Sequence record: LC765218.1
DNA length: 64,000 nt
Direction: 5' to 3' (one strand)
Position numbers and translations under genes: made by a program. This document shows, in pieces, positions 16,230 through 27,187 of this stretch. The first letter of the stretch is position 1, and each line of letters begins with the position of its first letter. Below the pieces are notes generated by a model. That model searched no databases. It was not told the origin of the DNA and saw only the letters and a program-made list of their open reading frames with translations.

Positions 16230-16934
16230 ATGAATCAGGTTTTCAACGCTGTAAAATCCATGTTCATTCCGTCTCATCGTGAAGTGTTCGGTAAGGCAAT
16301 TCGTGATGTAGAACATGATATGGATTTCTTTGAAACCATAATGGACGCTAGCAGTTATAGTCCAACTGAACTCCCTAAAGGCAAAGGAGAGAGTATGTCT
16401 ATTGATGTCCTTACTGTCGATGATCTTCCTTTGCGGGGTGATCCTGAGGCAACTTACAAAGTAACTTCTACTTTGGATTTGTATCGTTGGGTTAATGGGG
16501 AATATGTTGTACATAACCCTTACCTCGATCCAGTCGTGCAAAGTTCTGGTGAAAGAGCAGTGATTGTTGATCCAACCGCAACTCTGCCACATCTGACCGA
16601 GGAACATCTCCGTAAAGGTGGTGACATCAGACTGGCCATGGTTTATAATGTTCGGGCTCTGCGTGAAGATCTCCGTCGCATGGAACTTCTGAACATTTCC
16701 ATGGAGTCGCTGCTACCGCGTAATCTCCGTGTTAAAGACCTTGACGTACCAGGTATGTTCCTTTCCACTAACCACACCATCCTGACTCGTCAACTGAAGT
16801 CCATCATGCGTGGTAAAGGTAACTATGATAAATATGTCGTAGAAGGCCTGGCTCGCATGGGTGTTGATGTATGGTACGATGAAGCTAAACGTAAAGTTGG
16901 CTTTAAAGATGGCACTTTCGTGGCGCTGGTGTAA
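16230..16934 (+). CDS. Hypothetical protein, possibly virion-associated (234 aa)
   Basis: RBS AAGGA; contains an S-M-E protease-type site; preceded by the early-like TATATCAC at 16181. Confidence 0.8.
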   Translation: MNQVFNAVKSMFIPSHREVFGKAIRDVEHDMDFFETIMDASSYSPTELPKGKGESMSIDVLTVDDLPLRGDPEATYKVTSTLDLYRWVNGEYVVHNPYLDPVVQSSGERAVIVDPTATLPHLTEEHLRKGGDIRLAMVYNVRALREDLRRMELLNISMESLLPRNLRVKDLDVPGMFLSTNHTILTRQLKSIMRGKGNYDKYVVEGLARMGVDVWYDEAKRKVGFKDGTFVALV

Positions 16935-17207
16935 ATGTCTGTCTTCGGTTATGTATTGACGTGGACTCAGGAATTTCACATGTGGTTCCTGATAGCTGTT
17001 CTCGCTGCTTTCTTTGCTCTTTATCTAAATCATCGGTTTAGGTATCTCATCTACGTGCCATTTGAAAAGATTGGCAAACGTGATTTCATTAAGATGTCCC
17101 TTACTTCAATTACAATGCTGTTGTGTATTGTCGTTGTATTTGGGGCTACTCTACGAATGATCGAGATGAAAGAGATCGATAGAGTATGGTCGATTGAACG
17201 GCGATGA
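16935..17207 (+). CDS. 2-TM membrane protein (90 aa)
   Basis: MWFLIAVLAAFFALYL and ITMLLCIVVVFGATL helices; abuts the previous stop. Confidence 0.75.
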   Translation: MSVFGYVLTWTQEFHMWFLIAVLAAFFALYLNHRFRYLIYVPFEKIGKRDFIKMSLTSITMLLCIVVVFGATLRMIEMKEIDRVWSIERR

Positions 17208-17210
17208 GTA

Positions 17211-17260
17211 ACAACATAAAGCCCTCTCCTTCGGGAGAGGGCGATATGCTTTATTTTTTT
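17211..17260. terminator. Bidirectional CATA/TATG-arm hairpin between convergent units
   Basis: ACAACATAAA-GCCCTCTCC-TTCG-GGAGAGGGC-GATATGC followed by a T-tract. Confidence 0.85.
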
Positions 17261-17688
17261 TATTTCTCGAAACTTAATTCAACTTGTGAAGTTGGAATGT
17301 AGGCTAGAGAACGAGTAGTGGGTTTTAAAATAACCGTATTACCAGTTAGAGGACCATCTAGGAATTCATCAGTATCGACGGGTACAGTCACTTTATCACG
17401 GAGTACTTTAATAACATCATGGATAGTTGAATAATCAATTCTCTTCCCTGGAATAACAACCCCATTGAGAGCTTCTTCAATTCGATATCGATTAAAGAAT
17501 ATTTGTTTCTGTCCTTTAAAATACTTGCTTGTCCCAACAGCCTGAATAGTAGCTCTTGAGTTATTACCGTTCTGCAACCATATTTCAATACCAGTCCAAA
17601 TAACATCCTCAGGACGAATAGCTGGATCCAACTTGTTCTGAATACTAAACTGTTGGAGTAGTTTAGATTTCATGTTTTTAACGTGCAT
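17260..17688 (-). CDS. Putative virion structural protein, Y/F-x-R-L-x-L paralogue family
   Basis: NNSRATIQAV...YFKGQKQIFFNRYRI pattern shared with the CDSs at 17698, 36051 and 54263. Confidence 0.65.
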   Translation of the reverse strand: MHVKNMKSKLLQQFSIQNKLDPAIRPEDVIWTGIEIWLQNGNNSRATIQAVGTSKYFKGQKQIFFNRYRIEEALNGVVIPGKRIDYSTIHDVIKVLRDKVTVPVDTDEFLDGPLTGNTVILKPTTRSLAYIPTSQVELSFEK

Positions 17689-17697
17689 CTCTACTCC

Positions 17698-18576
17698 TTA
17701 GTTATAATGAATTCTAATTTCGCCAACGACATCCTGACATAAAGTTTTATGTAACTCGATAACAAGTACATTTTGTATATCAGTACGCCCACTAAATCGA
17801 GGTAGTACAATGCCATTATAAATGATCCTGTACTTTAGAACCCCTATTTCTTCAGTATAAGCGATGTTGTGAGAAGCTGGTGTCTTTGATGCTGTCCAAG
17901 GTTTATTCGTCACCTCAGCGAGAATAGCGGCCATCTTCTTAGGATCTGGATGGGTACCAGCCTTTGTTAGATGACGAAGATACTCTCTATGTTCACTAAA
18001 GTCATATCCAGTGATGTAATAAGTACCATTGATCAGTGAAAGATCATTAGCTTTAACATTGTCAGGTTTACCTACGTCAGGGAATTCAACTTTACTGAAA
18101 GTAGATAATTCCTTTCGTAGCGTATTAATCAAACGAACCCGAAGAAAACCTACAAAACGAAGAGACTTTTTATTCGCATGGAGAATGAATTCTTGGTTGA
18201 ATACATTATACTCGGTATGTTCGAAATCATCTACATCAAAAACAATGTTATTTAACTCGGATAATTTTTCGACAACCTTTAAACTGGAATATGGAGTATC
18301 CACATTCGATAAATCAAGCACTTGGGTTTGTCTAAAAAATGTCGTCAAATCTAATCGATCGTACGTATAAGTATCGAGTTCGACTTCCGGTAGTAAGTTA
18401 CCGGAAGCCTTACTGCGATTTACACTTATAACAATACGAGTCTTGGTACCACCCAGTGATTCGAACTGTTCAAGCTTAGTACTACCCGGAAACAATTGGG
18501 TAAAACAAGCATCGTTGATCATGTCGATTATAGATGTCCAAGGAGTAGACTGTAAATAGTCTCTCGTAATGTACAT
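17698..18576 (-). CDS. Putative virion structural protein, Y-x-R-L-D-L paralogue family
   Basis: IIDMIN...TKTRIVI...TYTYDRLDLTTFF; co-oriented with the baseplate gene. Confidence 0.7.
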   Translation of the reverse strand: MYITRDYLQSTPWTSIIDMINDACFTQLFPGSTKLEQFESLGGTKTRIVISVNRSKASGNLLPEVELDTYTYDRLDLTTFFRQTQVLDLSNVDTPYSSLKVVEKLSELNNIVFDVDDFEHTEYNVFNQEFILHANKKSLRFVGFLRVRLINTLRKELSTFSKVEFPDVGKPDNVKANDLSLINGTYYITGYDFSEHREYLRHLTKAGTHPDPKKMAAILAEVTNKPWTASKTPASHNIAYTEEIGVLKYRIIYNGIVLPRFSGRTDIQNVLVIELHKTLCQDVVGEIRIHYN

Positions 18577-18578
18577 GA

Positions 18579-20747
18579 TTACTCCTTAAGTTTCGGCCAG
18601 TTAGGGTCAGTGGAATTCTGATATTGATCCAAGTCGCCAGTTGTATTCGGCGAATTATTAGTTTCGATAACAACATTACTTACGTTAACACCATTTACTG
18701 GAATGTAATAATGGGCGTCAGCGTAACTAAGGTCTCTCACTTCTACAAATGGATTAATCCAGAACATATCCTGTTGACTATAAACGTAGTCGACGAATGG
18801 AGAAGTAGAATCATCAACAACACGATACGTATGCCCTGCCGACGTTCTATATGCTTTGACATTTTGAACAGCGACGTTGCAGATATAGTTACCAGCGGCA
18901 TCTACTGTAATATCCCCCACACGCGGCATTACCATACCAAGAATATGGAAATCGGTAAAGCTAACGTTACGAAGATATTGAAGAGGATAACTGGATAGAC
19001 GACCCATCAACCGTAGCAATTCACGTTGCACCTCACCTAGTGTAATAACACGAACCAAGTTGGAGCCAGTTGCAATATTGATGCAATCCATACACATCTG
19101 TTCTGCCTCAGTCTTATTTAGATTGAGGATATCGAAAGATGCTCTACGGAAATAATCTTCAAACTTGGTATTTGGTGGAGCCAGTTTACACATCCGATGC
19201 ATGTAATGGAACTTTACAAGTTGCTCACAATAAGCACGACCAGCAGGATGCTCCTGGAAAGAATACATTTCCCATTGCAGGAGATATTCTTTGTGTAAAC
19301 GGACACAGTCCAGATAGAACTGCTCAGTGGAGATATAGTTACCCATTGGGGTAACCATGTCTTGCACAGCAGTAATTAGACGGTCAGGGATAATACGTTT
19401 ATCAACAGCTGGTCGAAGTTCACCAAAGGTAGGTAACTTATCTCTTAGTACTTCATATGCTACAAGACTAGGGATGTTATCGGTTGGAATATCACGAGCC
19501 TTGGCATAGGTATACATCATCACAATGAAGGCATCTTTAACCGTCATGGTCATGAATTCGCCAGTCTTAGGATTAGGTATTTGAACATAAGCCCTATATT
19601 TATCACTTGAGGCCAAATGTAACCATTCGTTCAGCAATACGCTCATTAATGAACGTACAGAACTATTAGACCGGTCAATCACCTCAGAGTCAAGAACTTT
19701 AGTTCTAAGCCAACTGTATTGATCGGAACTCATCTTATCGGTGATATCTTGCTCAGCATCGAAACGAACAAGAGGGTTCTCTCTTGCAAGGTCATCTTCC
19801 CTTTCAAGAACGTCTGCCACAGATGTCGTTTCTTGGCCTTCTTGTACGACAGGGAAGTTAACGTCGTGTTTTATCATATCGACGGTTGGTCGATGCTGCT
19901 CAGGCATTTTAGAACTGTTTTGTTCAATAGTAAAACTGATCAACGGAATGCCACGAGGTGTAAGAATATTCTTAACAAGACGTTGCCAAATTTCCTTCTT
20001 ACCCGCATTGCGTTCTAGAAACGCAATGTTACGATATAACCATAAACGTTGCTCAAGAGAAAGATAGGGAATAAACTCATCCAACCCTTGGTGAGATGCG
20101 AGGTATTCCGTAACGTGATAACTATGCGCTTCGTTAGTCTTTGCATTCCGTAGACGAATAAGCATAATAGCAATAGGTAAACGGGTATATAAATGACCAA
20201 GGAAGTTTGCAAGGTATAGATCGTCAGTTAAATTAAACTGCGGGTTATACCAGCGAGTAATAAATACATTAACCCACGACTGAAGTTGATGGAAGAAAGA
20301 GTATTCATTATCTTCTACATACTTCGGATCAAAGTACAAAATATCCCCATCATTTGAATCTATTGCCGTTTGGATGTCAATTGGATATAAGATTCCAGTA
20401 ATCAAACCTGCTTGTTCTGGGAACTGTCTTACAAGGCTATTGTATAAAACGCTACCCGGAATATACTCTCGCGCAGTAGCGCGGTGAAGCGCCAGATTTT
20501 CTTTTGTGAAATCGATGATTTCAAGAGTATCCGCGGAACGAACTGTCATCATGACATCTGTTTCATGATACTCACCAGCAAGGTTCTGATAATATTTCCA
20601 AGTCTCCGGTCTTGCTGGATCAGCTTCATGTCCGACCTCTTTTAGGCGTTCATTAATCTGATTAGCTATTTCAGAAAACTTGATTACTACAGATCTTGCA
20701 AGTCTCATGACATCGTCACGGTAAACTCCAAAATACATGCTACTCAT
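18579..20747 (-). CDS. Baseplate/tail structural protein (phiKZ gp128-like)
   Basis: 722 aa; PETWKYYQNLAGEYHETD motif typical of this family; divergent from portal as in phiKZ. Confidence 0.75.
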   Translation of the reverse strand: MSSMYFGVYRDDVMRLARSVVIKFSEIANQINERLKEVGHEADPARPETWKYYQNLAGEYHETDVMMTVRSADTLEIIDFTKENLALHRATAREYIPGSVLYNSLVRQFPEQAGLITGILYPIDIQTAIDSNDGDILYFDPKYVEDNEYSFFHQLQSWVNVFITRWYNPQFNLTDDLYLANFLGHLYTRLPIAIMLIRLRNAKTNEAHSYHVTEYLASHQGLDEFIPYLSLEQRLWLYRNIAFLERNAGKKEIWQRLVKNILTPRGIPLISFTIEQNSSKMPEQHRPTVDMIKHDVNFPVVQEGQETTSVADVLEREDDLARENPLVRFDAEQDITDKMSSDQYSWLRTKVLDSEVIDRSNSSVRSLMSVLLNEWLHLASSDKYRAYVQIPNPKTGEFMTMTVKDAFIVMMYTYAKARDIPTDNIPSLVAYEVLRDKLPTFGELRPAVDKRIIPDRLITAVQDMVTPMGNYISTEQFYLDCVRLHKEYLLQWEMYSFQEHPAGRAYCEQLVKFHYMHRMCKLAPPNTKFEDYFRRASFDILNLNKTEAEQMCMDCINIATGSNLVRVITLGEVQRELLRLMGRLSSYPLQYLRNVSFTDFHILGMVMPRVGDITVDAAGNYICNVAVQNVKAYRTSAGHTYRVVDDSTSPFVDYVYSQQDMFWINPFVEVRDLSYADAHYYIPVNGVNVSNVVIETNNSPNTTGDLDQYQNSTDPNWPKLKE

Positions 20748-20782
20748 GGTAATTTACTCACTTGTTAAACGAGGAGCTTCAA

Positions 20783-23479
20783 ATGGCTCGACAAACGAAT
20801 GAGGTAGCGTACCCAAAGTTGCAGACGCTCCGTTTAGGATCGAAAGCAACTCCGACTAACGCCCTCCTCAACCTGTTGCGTAAGGACCCGAACGCAATTG
20901 GCAGCGAAGCAGCAAAGCCTCGTGTGAACGTAAACCGTTTCACATTAGATAAGGTTTCGCGTGATACTTCGCAAGAGATCGTTGACTCCGACTCTATTAT
21001 GCAGTTGCTACCAGACCTAGAGTTGGTAGAAACAGTATACGTCGGTAGTATCATCGATCCTAAAGCACTTTCGGATACGGACCTCACATTCGCTATTGAT
21101 CCAGCTATCTTTGATAGCGAGATTGCAAAGCTTTTGCTTGAGCCAGTTGAAACGTACTTTAAACGAGACTATAAGATTGACGAGCGTCTGGACCTGATCC
21201 TTCGGGATTGCTTGTTCCGTAAGGGTGCTTCCATCTTAGCTGTTCTCCCTGAAAACGTTCTAGATAACCTTATTAATGGGCGTCGCCAGGTATCTATGGA
21301 AACTTTCTCCTCTATTAGAGATCGTGTCCAGAATACAACTAATGAAAACTTGGGTTTCCTTGGTCACCCAGATAAGAACAATATCTCTCTTGAGGGATAT
21401 CATGATAATGCTACAGCTAACCGTATTCGTGGAGATAAGCTCCTCACTGTAACGGATAACTTTAACATTCTCAAAGTTCCATCGATGTCACAACGTGTAC
21501 GCGAAATGAATATTGCGCGTAAGCTTCGCGGTAATCAGATCTCGATGGAAAACGCTGTTCATAAATTCGGTAACGCTGAAATCGAACAGCTTTATCAGAA
21601 TAGACTAGGCGGCACTGAACATACTCAGGTAATCACAGCTCCTAAGTACATGAATCGGCCTTCGGTTGGACATCCATTGACTCTCCCTCTTCCAATGGAA
21701 TCCATTGTACCCGTATTCGTACAGGGGCGCCCACATGAACACATCGGCTATTTCTTGTTGGTCGACCAACATGGTTACCCGCTCTCCAAAGACTCAACCC
21801 GAGATTTTTATGGTGAGCTTCAATCAGGTTGGAAAGGTGGTAAGAATAACGACAACAGTTCTGAAGTTCTACGCCTTACTCGGGAAGCGATGGGTGCTAA
21901 TACTTCTAAACAAGATTTCGAAGTGGATGAAATCCAGCAAACATACAACGCGATTATTGTGAATGATCTTAACAACCGTCTTCGTAACGGCATGTATGAT
22001 CAAGAAATTGAGATCGGTCTAACTGAAGAAATTCAGAGGATCATGTTGTATCGTTCTTGGAAAGCTAAACATACTCAACTGGTATTCATCCCGGCAGAGC
22101 TTTTAGTTTATATTGCATTCGACTATAACGAAAATGGCATTGGTGAAACTCTTCTGTCTCGCTCGAAGATTATCGCAACCATGCGTTCTACTCTTCTTAT
22201 GGCAGAAGCTATTGGGGGTATGCGTAATGCTGTTGGTCGTAAGCGTGTAAGTATTACTCTTGATCCCGACGATACAGATCCGGAACAAACAATCAGTAAT
22301 ATCCAATCGAATATCATGGAATCGGCGCACCGTAGTTTCCCTCTGGCTGCTCCTGACCCTACGCAAGCGATGGACCATCTGATTCGTTCTGGCTTTGACT
22401 TTGAAATCAACACCAATGGTGCTGACTACGCAGAGACAAAGGTGCAATACGACGATTACAATACCAACGTTAATGCTGGGAATCCTGATCTACAAGATCG
22501 CCTTCGCCGTATGCACATCTCGGGTATGGGTGTACCACCTGAGAAAGTAGACCCGATGTCTTCTCCAGACTTCGCTACTTCTGTGGTACAGAATGACCTT
22601 GTAATGTCTCGACGTGTTAAAGAGAAACAGAAAGCGTTCTGTCAACACTTGTCTAAATTCATTCGTGTATTTGTAACGCACAGTTCTATCCTGCGTAATC
22701 AAATGTACAAAATCATTCAAGACAACGTTGACATGTTGACATCGCCTGAACTTAAACAGTTGACAGTTGAAGAAGTAGTTGATGAGTTTATCACTGCCAT
22801 TGAGGTTTCTCTACCGGCACCCGATAATACTCAACATGAACGTCAAGCAGAATCGATGGATGCCTATGATCGACTTCTGACTATGGGCTTGGAAAACTAC
22901 ATCACCAGCGAACTCTTCCCTGATGAGTTTACTTCCATACCTGGTCTGTCTGACCAGATAATGGTTCAGTTGAAAGCTGTATTTAAACGTCAGTTTATGG
23001 CAACACACAACATCCTTCCAGAACTTAATGTTCTTACAGAAATGGATGGTGATAAACCTGCATTCAGCTTGCTGGATTGGCTGAACGTACAACAGGAAAC
23101 TGTTGGCTCTGCTATCCTTAGCTATGCTAAGCATCAACAAGAAGCTAAGAAGCGTCTTGAGGCTAAGTATAAATCTACTATCGATGGAGCTGATGATGTA
23201 GGTGGTGGTGACAGTTGGAACAATGACAATAATGACGAGTCTGGAGATGACTCCTTCTCTGATTTAGATGGTTCTGATACTGACCTTGGTGTTGATGGTG
23301 GTACAGGTGATACTCCAGCTGGTGATAGTGATATCACTGACATGGATGAATCGTCCAGTGAAAATACCGATGAAACTAATCCCGAAGATGAGCCGCAAGT
23401 TGAGGGTCTTGAAGATCCAATATCGGCTGCTGAACAGGATGAACTGGAAGACGAAGAAGATACATCTGACTTCCGTTAA
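20783..23479 (+). CDS. Portal protein (phiKZ gp129-like)
   Basis: ATG 20783 after GAGGAG; about 898 aa; SME/SLE propeptide sites; long acidic C-terminal tail; synteny. Confidence 0.85.
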   Translation: MARQTNEVAYPKLQTLRLGSKATPTNALLNLLRKDPNAIGSEAAKPRVNVNRFTLDKVSRDTSQEIVDSDSIMQLLPDLELVETVYVGSIIDPKALSDTDLTFAIDPAIFDSEIAKLLLEPVETYFKRDYKIDERLDLILRDCLFRKGASILAVLPENVLDNLINGRRQVSMETFSSIRDRVQNTTNENLGFLGHPDKNNISLEGYHDNATANRIRGDKLLTVTDNFNILKVPSMSQRVREMNIARKLRGNQISMENAVHKFGNAEIEQLYQNRLGGTEHTQVITAPKYMNRPSVGHPLTLPLPMESIVPVFVQGRPHEHIGYFLLVDQHGYPLSKDSTRDFYGELQSGWKGGKNNDNSSEVLRLTREAMGANTSKQDFEVDEIQQTYNAIIVNDLNNRLRNGMYDQEIEIGLTEEIQRIMLYRSWKAKHTQLVFIPAELLVYIAFDYNENGIGETLLSRSKIIATMRSTLLMAEAIGGMRNAVGRKRVSITLDPDDTDPEQTISNIQSNIMESAHRSFPLAAPDPTQAMDHLIRSGFDFEINTNGADYAETKVQYDDYNTNVNAGNPDLQDRLRRMHISGMGVPPEKVDPMSSPDFATSVVQNDLVMSRRVKEKQKAFCQHLSKFIRVFVTHSSILRNQMYKIIQDNVDMLTSPELKQLTVEEVVDEFITAIEVSLPAPDNTQHERQAESMDAYDRLLTMGLENYITSELFPDEFTSIPGLSDQIMVQLKAVFKRQFMATHNILPELNVLTEMDGDKPAFSLLDWLNVQQETVGSAILSYAKHQQEAKKRLEAKYKSTIDGADDVGGGDSWNNDNNDESGDDSFSDLDGSDTDLGVDGGTGDTPAGDSDITDMDESSSENTDETNPEDEPQVEGLEDPISAAEQDELEDEEDTSDFR

Positions 23480-23518
23480 CGACATAAAGCCCGGCTCAAG
23501 GCCGGGCAATATGTTGCC
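23479..23518. terminator. Bidirectional CATA/TATG-arm hairpin between convergent genes
   Basis: ACGACATAAA-GCCCGGC-TCAA-GGCCGGGC-AATATGTTGCC. Confidence 0.8.
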
Positions 23519-24805
23519 TTAACCTTCAACCCCTAAAATTCGATAATATGCTGTCTCGTCTCTAAACGGATGAGCTGGATAACGTCCACCATCAACGATC
23601 TCTTGCTCAGGCCATGCTCGCGTATTAGCATCATAGGAATTCCTACGGTTTAATACAGCGCAGTAGACATACATATTTTCATGTTGAGGGATTATACCTT
23701 CATGGTGAGGTTCTTTGATTGTGTGATAATCTAGCATCCTACCATACGCACCAACGAGAGGCGATCTATCGTATTTGTTATCGAAGTAACGTCCAGGTAG
23801 ATTGAGATATTCTACAGCTTCGTATTCCTGGAAGAATGATTGGGAATCAACGATTACAAAGAAACTCTGACTAAGAGTTAAATACTTTCGGATAACATCA
23901 TTGTTTTTGAGTTCATCTACATTGAATAGAGTCGGGTTCTCTTTATCGAATGTTAATCCGAGAGAAGAGAGATCCATTGCGTGGTAAGACTCTAGATAAC
24001 GATCTAAAAACATCATGTTACCAAACTGAACTCTCCATGTTCTTTCGCCTACACGATTATAAACACTAGATAGAACGTTTAGATAACCGCCAGTAACAAG
24101 CAATACAGTTTTATTCTCGATGTCAACATTCTTAGGCATGGTTAGATAAGTACCATCCCACAAAGGGGCAGTGGGATTAAGTCCGCTAATCATATTGTCA
24201 ACAATAGGAACAAAAGTAAGCTTACCAATAGTTTCGAAACTGTAAACACCAATCTGATTATCGTTACATTTACGTAACGTCGTATTTCCATCAATAATCC
24301 TTACACCAGCACTGGTATAGTCACATAAATGGAAATAACCATTAACAGAGATCATGGAATAATCTCTGATCTTTGAAGGCTGATGTTTTGGATGAGTCAT
24401 AAGGAGATCTTCCTTATGGAAATCACTCCCTTGATCTAAAGGATGGCCTCCACGAGCAACTGGGGTAAAGTTATAACCACAGTGCCATGCTTGAGCATAC
24501 TTTACCAAACGAATTTTTTCGTTAGGTAGTTCTGCATCAAAAGGTAGAGCTTTATTACCTAAAGAGGTTAGCCACTCTTGAACAGTAACTGTTGGACCAA
24601 CATCGTTTAGCCAATTAGTAACATTAACCCAGTGCAGTGCTCTTGTTACAGGCTCACCTTGGCCAGGATATTGGATGTAGAGATAGATATCCCCATACTT
24701 CGCAGCTAGTGTAGTTACTAGCTCATTTGTAAAGTCCGCTTCCTGCCACCGACCACCTCGGCGACTAGGGCGATACCTAGAACGTACAAGCACGTACATT
24801 GTCAT
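23519..24805 (-). CDS. Virion structural (tail/baseplate) protein (phiKZ gp130-like)
   Basis: 428 aa; sits between the portal and the gp131 cluster; synteny. Confidence 0.75.
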   Translation of the reverse strand: MTMYVLVRSRYRPSRRGGRWQEADFTNELVTTLAAKYGDIYLYIQYPGQGEPVTRALHWVNVTNWLNDVGPTVTVQEWLTSLGNKALPFDAELPNEKIRLVKYAQAWHCGYNFTPVARGGHPLDQGSDFHKEDLLMTHPKHQPSKIRDYSMISVNGYFHLCDYTSAGVRIIDGNTTLRKCNDNQIGVYSFETIGKLTFVPIVDNMISGLNPTAPLWDGTYLTMPKNVDIENKTVLLVTGGYLNVLSSVYNRVGERTWRVQFGNMMFLDRYLESYHAMDLSSLGLTFDKENPTLFNVDELKNNDVIRKYLTLSQSFFVIVDSQSFFQEYEAVEYLNLPGRYFDNKYDRSPLVGAYGRMLDYHTIKEPHHEGIIPQHENMYVYCAVLNRRNSYDANTRAWPEQEIVDGGRYPAHPFRDETAYYRILGVEG

Positions 24806-24833
24806 GTCTCCGTTAGAAAAGATCGGACAATCT

Positions 24834-24837
24834 TATG
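24834..24837 (+). promoter_or_regulatory. Putative late promoter core TATG for the tail-tip operon
   Basis: TATG in the 88-nt divergent gap ahead of the gp131-like gene. Confidence 0.45.
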
Positions 24838-24893
24838 TGAATTTCACATCATTACGCTAACAACCGCGCGCTAGCGCTTTAAAGGAGGGCGCG

Positions 24894-27176
24894 ATGTCCA
24901 CCGTTAGTACAACCGGTCTATATGACGAGGATTTGCATGGCACTAACCCAGCTAACCTCATCACAGGGGAAATCCAAACCCTGCAAGTACCCGGCCCTAC
25001 CGATTATTATTTCATTATTCCGAAAGCGGCTCCTTTCTTTGTCGACTCTCTAAAAGTACGGAACAACCAGACCGGTGCTCTGTTTGTAGAAGGCGTCGAC
25101 TACATGATCGGTCACCGTTTCATCGAAGCAATGGATTCTATTGGTCGACCGATCGCTGGTTCTATCCGCTTCATGAAACGCTCTATCGCCGGTCAAGCTC
25201 GTCTTGATTATCGGACCATCGGTGGGCAGTGGGGCTTTAGCGACCAAGCCATTCTGGCGGAACTGTCTCGTCGACAGTACAACCCGCTGATTCGTGCATG
25301 GGGTAATATTGATGTACTCCCTGCCTCGTTCCCACCACTCGATCATGATCAACCGATCGATAGTCTTGTGGGTTCTGAAGAGATTAATGCTTCTCTTCAA
25401 CGTCTTGGTGATATCATGGAGGCTACCGCTTCCGGTACAACCGAGTCGCACTTAAGAGACTATGATAACCCGCACCGTGTTAACAAGGTGCAAATCCAGC
25501 TTGGTAATGTGCCCAACTTCTCTATGGCAACAGACCAACAGCACAAAGATGGTAATCGTAACGACATGTTTACGAACCCTCGTGGTGTACTGTTGTCCAT
25601 CCAAGAAAACGCACTCAAGCCTCTTAATGCACACATTGCCGCCACGGGTAACGTTCATGGAATGGTACCACGTGACATTGGTTTAGGTAACGTTCCTAAC
25701 TATCCGGCTGCAACACCACAACAGGCAGTTGACCCGACTAACAATAGTACCTTGATGACTCCGTATACGGTGTCTTTGCTTATCCAAGCAGTTCAAGGTG
25801 ACCCACGTCTGGATCAATTAATTATTGATTTCAATAAACACCTTACTGATACCAACCCGCACAATATCACCCCTGGTTTAATTGGTACATATACCAAACA
25901 GGAAATTGATCAGAAGATTGCGGCTGGTGGAAGTGGTGGTGATGCGACTACCTTTGGTGGGGAAACTCCTGAGGAATGGGAAGCTAAGTTCCCGCTCAAC
26001 AGCGATATTAATGGCATCATGGCAGAAGTGACTGAGAAGATCGGAGAAGGTATTGCTTCTTCGGCAGATATCAGTTTCAATGACCCGACTCCTCCAGACG
26101 AGCAAGATAAAGAACGTCTGAGTAAGATTCAAGGGGTTCTCGCCGGTGCAGCAGCATATGCGTTATTCAACGGTTCGGGCGATACAGTTTATCGCTCTGA
26201 ACCAGCGGGTGCCGATGCATATCCGATCACTTCAATCCGTGGTGCAGCTTGGTCTTGGTTAAGCCTACAGGATGCAGATTATCATCTAGTTCCAGCCATA
26301 CGTGACTTCCAGTCCGGTACTTGGTCACAGGGCGATGGTATCCGTTCAGCCGGTTCTGCTAAACTAGCAATTCCTGCTGGTTGGGCTGCTGGTGCTGGCT
26401 TCAACCAGGCAAATGCGATGGTTGCTATGTGGGGCTCTAAAACTGCTCTATATGTTCAACTAAAACCAAGTGACGGTGCAGATGAAGGTAAGATCATGAA
26501 GATCGCCGGAGGTACAGTAACTCAACTGTACGCCGAGTCTGACAATGTAACCGAAATGTGGGTAGCAACCGAAGAAGCGGATTCTCGTCAAATGGCAATT
26601 GTTGAAAAGTCCCCACCGTCTGGTGACCCGACTTATACAGCAATAGGTGCTAGTGATTGGGTTTCTGCTGCTACGCCTGTAATCGCTGCTCAATTGACTG
26701 GCGGCTGGGAAATCTCCGATATCCGGATTGGTTCCAAGTATCTAGTATTCCAAGGTGGTAATACCACTAATGGAAATGCTAGTCGAATCCGTGTGTATGA
26801 GATTACATATACGCCTACATTTAAATTGACTGAAGTCACTTCTACTCTCGATGTTTGGTCAGCGAAAGATAATCGTTTGGTCAAAGCAAACACCCTAACC
26901 GATGTGAGTTCTATCTCTGGCAACTATGGACACCACGCCGTTCAGATTCGACGTGATCCATCTAGCCTTGAGAATATGGATACAGACATCGCTATGTTCG
27001 GTTCCAACGAGAATGGACAGTTAGAAATTCCTTACGGGTCAGCACCTTTCTATAGTGCGGCTGCTGGTAAAGGTTTCACTGTTACAGTAAACAATCTTGG
27101 TTATACCGAATTCTGGGGTGATTCTCCGACCAATGCTCTCATCTGGAATGATGGGACGACTATTGTCGCGCCCTAA
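24894..27176 (+). CDS. Tail tip/fibre protein (phiKZ gp131-like)
   Basis: 760 aa; YDEDLHGTNPANLI N-terminus and NPH-x(5)-GLGNV repeats; probable beta-rich C-terminal domain. Confidence 0.85.
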   Translation: MSTVSTTGLYDEDLHGTNPANLITGEIQTLQVPGPTDYYFIIPKAAPFFVDSLKVRNNQTGALFVEGVDYMIGHRFIEAMDSIGRPIAGSIRFMKRSIAGQARLDYRTIGGQWGFSDQAILAELSRRQYNPLIRAWGNIDVLPASFPPLDHDQPIDSLVGSEEINASLQRLGDIMEATASGTTESHLRDYDNPHRVNKVQIQLGNVPNFSMATDQQHKDGNRNDMFTNPRGVLLSIQENALKPLNAHIAATGNVHGMVPRDIGLGNVPNYPAATPQQAVDPTNNSTLMTPYTVSLLIQAVQGDPRLDQLIIDFNKHLTDTNPHNITPGLIGTYTKQEIDQKIAAGGSGGDATTFGGETPEEWEAKFPLNSDINGIMAEVTEKIGEGIASSADISFNDPTPPDEQDKERLSKIQGVLAGAAAYALFNGSGDTVYRSEPAGADAYPITSIRGAAWSWLSLQDADYHLVPAIRDFQSGTWSQGDGIRSAGSAKLAIPAGWAAGAGFNQANAMVAMWGSKTALYVQLKPSDGADEGKIMKIAGGTVTQLYAESDNVTEMWVATEEADSRQMAIVEKSPPSGDPTYTAIGASDWVSAATPVIAAQLTGGWEISDIRIGSKYLVFQGGNTTNGNASRIRVYEITYTPTFKLTEVTSTLDVWSAKDNRLVKANTLTDVSSISGNYGHHAVQIRRDPSSLENMDTDIAMFGSNENGQLEIPYGSAPFYSAAAGKGFTVTVNNLGYTEFWGDSPTNALIWNDGTTIVAP

Positions 27177-27187
27177 GGAGACTTAAG

